Shown piece after piece: positions 56,835 through 64,000 of a stretch of 64,000 nucleotides of DNA. The DNA is from an uncultured Gammaproteobacteria bacterium. GTDB taxonomy: Bacteria; Patescibacteriota; Patescibacteriia; CAZSQN01. The notes beneath the pieces are model-generated. The model was given only the letters and a program-made list of their open reading frames with translations. It was not told the DNA's origin and searched no databases. The DNA is taken from positions 88,066-152,065 of the forward strand of contig CAZSQN010000002.1 in NCBI GenBank assembly GCA_964609095.1. The letters run 5' to 3'. The stretch's first letter is position 1. Each line of letters starts with the position of its first letter. A program made the translations under genes and the position numbers.

Positions 56835-57641
56835 TTAAAACAAATAATTCTTGCCCAAAATAAAATGATAGCGCATAAACCGCCAAACGTATTTTGGCGG
56901 AAGAGAAGCGCGAAAACCGAACTTTAAATATATCACGCCGCTTTTTAGCGCTATATATACGGCTTTTAAAAAATTATTAATTGCTTTTTTTATCCGCTTC
57001 GGCAAAGGAATGGATTTAACTCCGCCGGAGGCAAGTTCAAGATAATAATTATCTTTGCGCAGGCAGCTTTCCCAATCCTCCCACGGCGACATAATCGCTT
57101 CTTGCAGATAAATTTTATTTATGCCGTCGGGGAAAAACGGCTTTTCATGAACTTTTTTTGCGCCGCCGCCGCTCTTGTAATAAATCCCGCCCTTTCTGTT
57201 CCATACCCGCAAAGGCATATCGGGATAAAAAAAGGCATATTCAATAACCTTATCTCCGATCACCGTCTTTCTGTTAACCAAGGCGGCGTCAAGAATATTA
57301 TTGCGCGACACGATGCCTCTGATGGCAGTAACAAGCTCCGGCGTCACATACTCGTCAGAATCCACGGCAAACACCCAATCGTTTTTGGGCAGAGAAAAAA
57401 GCCGGTTGCGTACCTCAATAAAATTAGTTATTTTTACGTTTTTTTCTTTCGTTTCTGTCTGCGGGTAAATAGCCGCGCCATATTTCCCGGCTATTTCTAA
57501 AGTATTATCAGTGCTATTGCCGTCCATCACGACGATTTCATCAAACTCAACCAATCCCGACAAACACCGCTCCAATGTCTTGCCGGAATTCAAAGTCAAG
57601 ATGCAGGCGGTACAAGGAATTTTTGATTTGTCTTCCGTCAT
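56835..57641 (-). CDS. GT2 glycosyltransferase (WaaE/KdtX-like)
   Basis: D..STD.T, RN, W....DSDE, YPD...R, VHE. Confidence 0.88.
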   Translation of the reverse strand: MTEDKSKIPCTACILTLNSGKTLERCLSGLVEFDEIVVMDGNSTDNTLEIAGKYGAAIYPQTETKEKNVKITNFIEVRNRLFSLPKNDWVFAVDSDEYVTPELVTAIRGIVSRNNILDAALVNRKTVIGDKVIEYAFFYPDMPLRVWNRKGGIYYKSGGGAKKVHEKPFFPDGINKIYLQEAIMSPWEDWESCLRKDNYYLELASGGVKSIPLPKRIKKAINNFLKAVYIALKSGVIYLKFGFRASLPPKYVWRFMRYHFILGKNYLF

Positions 57642-58750
57642 AATCTGAAAAACGCTCTTATTTTTTCAATAATATGGGCCTGCTCCGGCTCTCCCAATTC
57701 CGGATAAATCGGCAAAGAAACAATTTCTTTGGAGAGCTTTTCGGCAAAGGGATATGAACCCGGCAAAAGTCCCAAATGCGCATAAGCTCTCTGCAAATGA
57801 ATCGGAATCGGATAATGAATGCCTGTGGCCACGCCGCGCTCCGCGAGATATGCCTGCAGCTGCTCGCGCTCTTTTGTCTTAATTATATAGAGATGATAAA
57901 CAGGAACACATCCTTCGGTATTTTTTACCGTTTCTATCGGCAAACCAACAAAAGCGGCATCAAATTTTTTCGCCAGTTCGCGGCGCTTTTCATTCCACTC
58001 GTCCAAATGCGGCAGTTTGATATTTAAGATCGCCCCTTGCAGCGCCTCCAAACGCATATTGAAACCGATAATTTCGTGTATATATTTTTGCTTTGAGCCG
58101 TGATCTCTAAGCAAGCGGACCGCCTCCGCCAGCTCGCCGTTACTAGTGACTACCGCTCCGCCTTCGCCATAAGCGCCCAAATTTTTGCCGGGATAAAAAC
58201 TAAACGCGGCCGCGTCCCCCCAAGAGCCGGCCTTCTTTCCCTTAAAACTCGCGCCGTGCGCTTGAGCCGCGTCTTCCAGCGTAAGAAGCCCATGGCGGCG
58301 CGCGACATCTAAAATCTTATCCATCTCGCCCATAGCGCCAAAAAGATGAACTGGGATGACAACCTTCGTAACCGGAGTAATCGCTTCTTCCAGCTTGCTC
58401 GCGTCAAGCTGGTGCGTTTCCGGATTAACATCAACAAATACCGGCTTGGCGCCCGTAAGAGAGACGGCTTCGGCCGTGGCAAAAAAACTATTTGGCTGGG
58501 TAATTACTTCTGCTCCCGGACCGCAACCCATGGCGAGAAGCGCGAGGTGGAGCGCGGAGGTGCCCGAATTCACTCCAACCGCGTATTTTGTTCCGCAGTA
58601 AGCGGCAAAATCATTTTCAAATTTTTGCACTTCCGGGCCAAGGACAAAATTGCCGCTAAGAAATACGCGCTGCGCGGCGCCATCAAGCTCGCCGCGAAGA
58701 GAAGCGTATTGGGCGCGCAAATTTACAAGCGGGATATTCATGCTGGACAT
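57638..58750 (-). CDS. DegT/DnrJ/EryC1/StrS sugar aminotransferase
   Basis: SGT.AL, EDAAQAHG, FSFYPGKNLGAYG, HYP.P.H. Confidence 0.95.
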   Translation of the reverse strand: MSSMNIPLVNLRAQYASLRGELDGAAQRVFLSGNFVLGPEVQKFENDFAAYCGTKYAVGVNSGTSALHLALLAMGCGPGAEVITQPNSFFATAEAVSLTGAKPVFVDVNPETHQLDASKLEEAITPVTKVVIPVHLFGAMGEMDKILDVARRHGLLTLEDAAQAHGASFKGKKAGSWGDAAAFSFYPGKNLGAYGEGGAVVTSNGELAEAVRLLRDHGSKQKYIHEIIGFNMRLEALQGAILNIKLPHLDEWNEKRRELAKKFDAAFVGLPIETVKNTEGCVPVYHLYIIKTKEREQLQAYLAERGVATGIHYPIPIHLQRAYAHLGLLPGSYPFAEKLSKEIVSLPIYPELGEPEQAHIIEKIRAFFRL

Positions 58751-58761
58751 AAAATAAAAAA

Positions 58762-59493
58762 TTAAATTAGGCGCTTTTCCCCGACATCCCAGGCAACTTT
58801 CGCCGGATTGCCAAAGACGACTTTTCCCGCCGGAACATTGCCGACCACTACCGAACCCATCGCCACAAGCGCGCCCTCTCCGATAATCGCGCCCGGAGAA
58901 ATAGACGCGTTCGCTCCAATCATGGCCCTATCTTTTACGATTGTCTTTTTGCTGGCGTCAGGAACTCTCGCGAACGAGGCGTCGGAGCAGGTAGAAACAT
59001 CAGGACCGATAAATACATAACTGCCAATCTCCATATTTTCCGTGATTTGCGAACAATTCATAATTCTTGTATGCTCTCCGATTTTAACCCTGTCCTGGAG
59101 CGAAACGGCTTTCCCCAGCACCGACTCATCGCCTATCCGACAATTTTCCCGCACGTTAGCCATATCAGCTATAAACACATTTTTGCCGATTGAAGTCCCG
59201 CGATAAATAATAACCCCGGAGCCGATAACTGTCCCGTCGCCGACGCGAAGCGGCTCCGGGGTGGAAAGCTTGTAAGTGGAATTAGGGCCTGATTTGGGCG
59301 GCCTGCCGACAATGGCGTTATCCAAAATAATAACATTGTTGCCGATAACAGTGTCCGGATAAATAACCGCGTTATTGCCCACCGATACCCCGTCCCCTAT
59401 CTTTACCCCTTCGTAAATGACCACATTAAACTCATACAAAAAATCTTTGCCCGTGATTACAGTTTCATGTTTATGCAAATTTTTATTAAGCAT
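58762..59493 (-). CDS. hexapeptide-repeat (left-handed beta-helix) sugar N-acyltransferase
   Basis: extensive [IV]G.... repeats, IGANA.I.PG, G.VV, GNPA. Confidence 0.88.
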   Translation of the reverse strand: MLNKNLHKHETVITGKDFLYEFNVVIYEGVKIGDGVSVGNNAVIYPDTVIGNNVIILDNAIVGRPPKSGPNSTYKLSTPEPLRVGDGTVIGSGVIIYRGTSIGKNVFIADMANVRENCRIGDESVLGKAVSLQDRVKIGEHTRIMNCSQITENMEIGSYVFIGPDVSTCSDASFARVPDASKKTIVKDRAMIGANASISPGAIIGEGALVAMGSVVVGNVPAGKVVFGNPAKVAWDVGEKRLI

Positions 59494-59497
59494 ATGT

Positions 59498-60778
59498 TTA
59501 ATTTGATTTGTGAGTCGTTACCCAGCGCACAAGGCGGTCAAAAAGAAACATTCCATCCCAGGGCGATTCATAAAAAGTAAGATAACCAAGCTCCGGGCAC
59601 CTGTCTATTCCCTTCACGGTCAGCGCGTCCACATATTTAAGTTTATTTTCGGCCGTAAATCCCAGCCCCAAGGTCTGTTTTTGCCGGTCGTTAAAATCTT
59701 TTAATTCGTTAAAATCTTTTATGGGTTTTACAAAAACAACGCGGGACCCGACGCGCTCTCCCAATCCGGGCTCATTGGTATAAATAACGGTCCATTCCGT
59801 TCCCTTTGATTTAAAAACTTTTCCCTTGAGGGCGTATTTATTTCTCGCGCCGACAATTGCCGCCGCCGTTTCCGAGCCGACCGGCCCCTTGGGCATAAAC
59901 AGCCGGGAGGCGCGCTCAAGTTCCAGTGAAAGCATCTCGGCGAAAGCTGCTGCGTCCCCTTCTTTTGCTTCTTGCGCAAAGACAATGTGAGGCGAAGAGC
60001 AGGCGGATTGGTCAAAAACAGAGATATCAACGGACAAACGCCCCGCTAGCGCATGGCCGTGTTTTAGGAGCGACTCTTTGTCTATGGCCGCGTAAGAATA
60101 TTTCGGCCCGAAAATAATATCTTCGCAAAACATCTTTTTCTTTAATCCGACAATGGCGTCTATGGCTTCATATCCGCCCCAGGCAATTCTCACATCGGCT
60201 ATTTCCGAGAGAGCTTCATGGCTGCTTCTATCCTCGGCATCGGCTAAAAACACGGCTACCGAATGGCCAAAATCGCGGCCGGAGATTGCGGGCGTTTCCA
60301 CCTCGTTCATCGCGTCCAGAAAATAAATCAAATCCTCATAAGCGCCTCTTGGGGCTTTGACCAGACAAACGTTTTTGGTCAGCAGGGCGGAAAAAATGGA
60401 AAATAGCCCCAAAACGGGAGTATTGCCCGCAATCCAATGGGCCGTTATCCCTCTCGGCTGGGCGTGAAAGAGCAATTTATCGTCGCCCAAATCAATCAAT
60501 TTGTCAAGAGAAAGACGGCTGCCGTGAAGCGCTATATCCAAGCTTCGCGCCAGCTTTTTTTTATCCAAAAAATCAGAGATATTTTTTAAATAAGGATATT
60601 TTTTAAGCATCCCGGACGAACCCCATTGCCGGGAGAGTTCGCCGAAAAAATCAATAATATCATCGGCTTCTAGGCCGTGCATGTATTCCAAACGGCCGGC
60701 CATTTGCGCGGCCAGGCGGTTCAAATCAAAATTTATTTCATTTTTGCGAACGCCGTGAAAAATCAAAGTTCTTTCCAT
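59498..60778 (-). CDS. LuxC-like acyl-CoA/acyl-protein reductase
   Basis: PRG...HW.AGN.P, WGG, FGPKYS, FDQ.ACSSP, WDG....RLV. Confidence 0.88.
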   Translation of the reverse strand: MERTLIFHGVRKNEINFDLNRLAAQMAGRLEYMHGLEADDIIDFFGELSRQWGSSGMLKKYPYLKNISDFLDKKKLARSLDIALHGSRLSLDKLIDLGDDKLLFHAQPRGITAHWIAGNTPVLGLFSIFSALLTKNVCLVKAPRGAYEDLIYFLDAMNEVETPAISGRDFGHSVAVFLADAEDRSSHEALSEIADVRIAWGGYEAIDAIVGLKKKMFCEDIIFGPKYSYAAIDKESLLKHGHALAGRLSVDISVFDQSACSSPHIVFAQEAKEGDAAAFAEMLSLELERASRLFMPKGPVGSETAAAIVGARNKYALKGKVFKSKGTEWTVIYTNEPGLGERVGSRVVFVKPIKDFNELKDFNDRQKQTLGLGFTAENKLKYVDALTVKGIDRCPELGYLTFYESPWDGMFLFDRLVRWVTTHKSN

Positions 60779-60795
60779 AATTTGCCGAATGAAAT

Positions 60796-61896
60796 TTATA
60801 ATCTTAAAACATCGCCGCAGCCGCGGAGTTCCGCCGCCTCTGACCTTTTCTCAAAAACAAAATATTTTCCCTTACGGCCGCAAGGACAATCATCAATGCC
60901 GGCAATACTGCCAATATCATCAGAAAGTACCGATATCCCCGGATAACTTCTCGGAATAGGGCTTAAAAATTGCATCAACCCCGATTTGCCGGGCGGAGAC
61001 GGAAGAAGAGTGTCTTTATCGCGGACAATTATATCCGAATATAAAGGCGCGTGCTTAAATCCGGCCTGGCAATCGGGATAAACGGTTCCCAGCTGTTCAG
61101 TCATGCCGTAAATATCGCGGACGGCCGCGCCGGGAATCCCCAGCGCCGCGCCCGCCCGTTCGTTAAATTGTTCGCGGCTTACGGCCATATCTTTAAGCTT
61201 TTTCCATCCGCCGATATGGAGCGCCAGCGCCTGCTTGCCCGAAGAGAGCGCGGAAAGCGATTTGAAATTTTCCTTGTTGGCCGCGTCGGAAAAAAAATTA
61301 TAAAGAAGCCAGGTAAAACCAAAATAAAACACCTTATCGGCGCGCTCTACCTCCTCGCGGGCGGCTTTAATTTTTTCGCCGTCTATCCGCAAATCATCAT
61401 CGCACAAAAATACTGATTTTTTCGCCATACCCAGCATGCCCATGACCGCGGCGCCGCGCGAAGACAGCTCCCCCGACGGGCTTTTAATGATTTTTTCGGT
61501 ATCAAAAATCAGAAAAACTCCGCGCTCGCTTCCGAAAAAATCAGCCAAAATCCTGTTAAGCGCGATTATCTGGCGGTTAGAAGTGATTCTGTCCAGCATT
61601 ATTTTGCTCGGCTCTCCCGAAGTGGAGCTTGAAAACAATGTCTTAGTAATCTCTTCCGGCGGCACGGAAGAGAGCGGCATCGCCTTAAACATGGACGGCG
61701 ACAAAAAAGGTATGTCTTCCAGAGCGTAAGCCGAAGACGGTTCAAAGCCGTCTGCCTCGCAAATCTTGCGAAAAACCTCGCTATTTTCATAATGCCAGAA
61801 AACCGCGCTCTTTATATCGCGGAAAAAAATGTCTTTTTTTTCCGCGGCGGAAAGTTCAAACGGCTTATAATTTAACGTTTCAAGCTCTTGATTCAT
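60796..61896 (-). CDS. LuxE-like acyl-protein synthetase
   Basis: IPFL...FK, SSSTSG.PS, GGWK, DIYGM.E, SYPG.S.L.DD.G, CPCGRKG, RGC; start moved to MNQE. Confidence 0.88.
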   Translation of the reverse strand: MNQELETLNYKPFELSAAEKKDIFFRDIKSAVFWHYENSEVFRKICEADGFEPSSAYALEDIPFLSPSMFKAMPLSSVPPEEITKTLFSSSTSGEPSKIMLDRITSNRQIIALNRILADFFGSERGVFLIFDTEKIIKSPSGELSSRGAAVMGMLGMAKKSVFLCDDDLRIDGEKIKAAREEVERADKVFYFGFTWLLYNFFSDAANKENFKSLSALSSGKQALALHIGGWKKLKDMAVSREQFNERAGAALGIPGAAVRDIYGMTEQLGTVYPDCQAGFKHAPLYSDIIVRDKDTLLPSPPGKSGLMQFLSPIPRSYPGISVLSDDIGSIAGIDDCPCGRKGKYFVFEKRSEAAELRGCGDVLRL

Positions 61897-61900
61897 AAAA

Positions 61901-62965
61901 TCAGATATGGCGCCGGATAATCTCCGCAACCTCATCCGCTCCCGGCCGTATTGGATTGGCAAGCGCGCAAATATCCTTGCGCACCGCTTCCGCGCAAAAA
62001 ATAACTTCCTCTTCTTTTAACGGCAAGGGGTCAAAAACCAATCCAAGCTCCTTGTACAAACCGGAGAAAACAGGCAATATATTTTGAGAATTTGCCATTT
62101 TTAATTTATCAAACTTTTTATAAACATCTCCGGAGCGCGAATTAAATTCCAGAACATCAAGAAAAAACATGGCCACGGCGCGGGCGTGCGGAATATCATA
62201 TTTAGCGCCGAAATAATGCGCCAAAGCGTGATTTAAGCCGGTGGCGGCGCTGCTCTGCGCCAAACCCGCCAGCGTGGCGGCCAATTTAAGCTGTTCCAAA
62301 ATCTTAAGGCCATCCGCCGGTTGGCGGATAGCCGCAAACTCGCGCAAATTATCATAAATGCCGCGAATGGCGCCGAGCGCCAGCGCGTCAGAAAAAGAAT
62401 TGGACATTTTTGAAAGCAGCGCCTCAACCGCGTGAGAAAGCGCGTCAATGGAATGCAGGGCGATTTGCTCTTTTGAATGGGACAAAAAGAATCTGGCGTC
62501 AATAAGCGCCGCTTCCGGCAGAAGGCGCGGCGAAGAAACAACAATTTTTTTATTTTCGCGGACATCCGAGAGAAGGGCAAACCTGCTCACCTCCGCGCCG
62601 GAACCAATGGTAGTGGGAACGGCTATCATTTGGATTTTAAGGTCGTCTTTAACGATTTTAACCAAATCAATCACCGAACCGCCGCCGATGGCCGCGAGAT
62701 ATTTGCTCCCGTTCTTCCGGCATCTCTCTCTAAGTTCCTCGCGGTCTTCCGTTTTCGGCTCTCCGCTATGCGTTACAAACTCCGCCTTGCCCAAAATTGA
62801 ACGGATTAATTCGTCTTGCCGCTTAAAAGCGTTCGCGGAGATGACAAACAAAACTTTTTCGCCGGAAAGCTTTTTCAAAAAATCCAAACTGCCCGAACCG
62901 AAATAAACGCTTCTTGGAAAATGCGCTTGGGGAATAAACGAATTTAGAAAAATTTCATCAATCAT
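61901..62965 (-). CDS. iron-containing alcohol dehydrogenase
   Basis: GGGSVID, PTT.GSGAE, DALSHAVE, HALAH...H; start moved to MIDE. Confidence 0.88.
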   Translation of the reverse strand: MIDEIFLNSFIPQAHFPRSVYFGSGSLDFLKKLSGEKVLFVISANAFKRQDELIRSILGKAEFVTHSGEPKTEDREELRERCRKNGSKYLAAIGGGSVIDLVKIVKDDLKIQMIAVPTTIGSGAEVSRFALLSDVRENKKIVVSSPRLLPEAALIDARFFLSHSKEQIALHSIDALSHAVEALLSKMSNSFSDALALGAIRGIYDNLREFAAIRQPADGLKILEQLKLAATLAGLAQSSAATGLNHALAHYFGAKYDIPHARAVAMFFLDVLEFNSRSGDVYKKFDKLKMANSQNILPVFSGLYKELGLVFDPLPLKEEEVIFCAEAVRKDICALANPIRPGADEVAEIIRRHI

Positions 62966-64000
62966 AAAATCCTGTCTGTCTTGCCTTAAGCGCGTGGCGG
63001 ATAATTTTGCCGTTTTCAGTGCGGGGAATGCTGTCAATTCTAAAAATCTCCCCGGGCAGTTTGCTTCCTTCCAGTTTGCCTCTTAAGGCATTCCTAATAA
63101 CCTCGTCGGAAACCGGCCGCGCCTCGGTGATAAAAAGCCGCACTGCCTCGCCCAATAGCGGATCGCTCGCGCCTACCGCCGCGGCATCGGCCACTCCGTC
63201 TACGGTTTTGGCCGCCTGTTCTATTTCATAAGGAAATACTTTTTCTCCGGAAACATTGATAATATCATCCTGCCGGCCGTCAAAATAAACAAAGCCGTCA
63301 GCGTTTTTATGCCCCATATCGCCGGTATGCAGCCATCCGCCGGAGACGCTTTTTGACGCCTCGTCATTGTCCCAATAAGAATCAATGACATGGGGCCCCT
63401 TGATGCAAATTTCCCCCGTTACTCCGGGCAGTACCTCCCCGCCGGAAGCGTCCATTATCTTAATTTCCGCGCCCGGAACCGCCGCTCCCACCAATCCTTG
63501 TTTGTAGCCGGCTGTTCTGAAATTGACAAAGGCAGAGCGCGACGCTTCCGTCAGGCCGTAGTAATAATAAAAATCAGCCAGCGGAAGCGCGGAAAGAATT
63601 CCGCTTACCAATTCTTCTTCCAAAATAGAGATATTGGTCTGAACAAATCTTAATCCCCGGCAGCGCTCTAATTCCGGCCGAAAATCGCGCAGCATCAGCC
63701 GCAGAATAGCCGGCGCCGCGCCAAAAGTCGTTGCTTTTTTCTCGAAAATGGCGGCTAAAATATTTTTAAGGCCGATGGCGTCTCTGAATAAAACCGTTGT
63801 TCCTCCAGCCGCGAAAACACAGTGCAGATGCCCTAATCCGAACGAATGCGAGAGAGGCGAAACATTGACATCAATATCATTTTCATTCCATTTCAAAATA
63901 TTAATAATGTTTTTTGTCGCGGAGACCGCGTTTCTATGCCGCAATTTAACTCCTTTGGGCTCTCCCGTGGTTCCGGAAGTAAAAATAACGGTTGAAACAT
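62958..64000 (-). CDS. AMP-binding acyl-CoA/acyl-carrier ligase (5' partial)
   Basis: frame stays open to the window edge with IFTSGTTGEPKGV; YGLTE, TGD.G, GR.DD.I..GEK, G K near C-terminus. Confidence 0.92.
   Translation of the reverse strand, partial: VSTVIFTSGTTGEPKGVKLRHRNAVSATKNIINILKWNENDIDVNVSPLSHSFGLGHLHCVFAAGGTTVLFRDAIGLKNILAAIFEKKATTFGAAPAILRLMLRDFRPELERCRGLRFVQTNISILEEELVSGILSALPLADFYYYYGLTEASRSAFVNFRTAGYKQGLVGAAVPGAEIKIMDASGGEVLPGVTGEICIKGPHVIDSYWDNDEASKSVSGGWLHTGDMGHKNADGFVYFDGRQDDIINVSGEKVFPYEIEQAAKTVDGVADAAAVGASDPLLGEAVRLFITEARPVSDEVIRNALRGKLEGSKLPGEIFRIDSIPRTENGKIIRHALKARQTGFYD

Noticed and set aside
59498-61896. Bioluminescence (lux) operon
   Set aside because: No luxA/luxB/luxD seen; context is glycan biosynthesis
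1-64000. Alternative genetic code (UGA=Gly), tRNA/rRNA genes, diversity-generating retroelement, prophage
   Set aside because: TGA ends genes at expected positions (e.g. rmlA, ADH); no cloverleaf or rRNA-like stretch, reverse transcriptase or phage gene recognised by eye

Overview
Bacterial chromosomal window, genetic code 11 (TGA is used as stop). It most resembles Patescibacteria/CPR; this is an inference from gene content and from core genes lacking Shine-Dalgarno sites. 0-17 kb holds housekeeping and envelope genes: rpmA, pyrG, NUDIX, an S41 protease, a PEGA protein, rmlB-fdtA-like-rmlD-rmlA, HIT, GT-C-like membrane proteins and a pgsA-like gene. 17-22 kb is an accessory block of self-contained gene units: cdd, udp, ORFans, a lytic-transglycosylase-like protein and a HAD phosphatase. 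22-64 kb is a >40 kb, mostly minus-strand surface-glycan locus that runs off the right edge. It includes two NeuB/NeuA sets plus NeuC, a CysH-SqdB-TauE sulfoquinovose module, three TagB/TagF-like GT-B paralogs, four methyltransferases, a radical SAM enzyme, Wzx, and an acyl ligase/Fe-ADH/LuxE/LuxC module resembling the Vibrio cholerae O1 tetronate genes. The non-coding DNA is highly structured. It contains six CCCCG...CGGGG miniature inverted-repeat elements (four with 4-5 bp flanking duplications), about ten 7- or 9-nt periodic repeat arrays at gene junctions, a 72-bp exact direct repeat around one ORFan, and several 30-34 bp palindromes. Promoter + boxA-like + strong SD leaders were seen only on accessory genes. 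No rRNA, tRNA, CRISPR array, integrase or transposase was recognised. All calls come from reading motifs by eye; no database searches were run.
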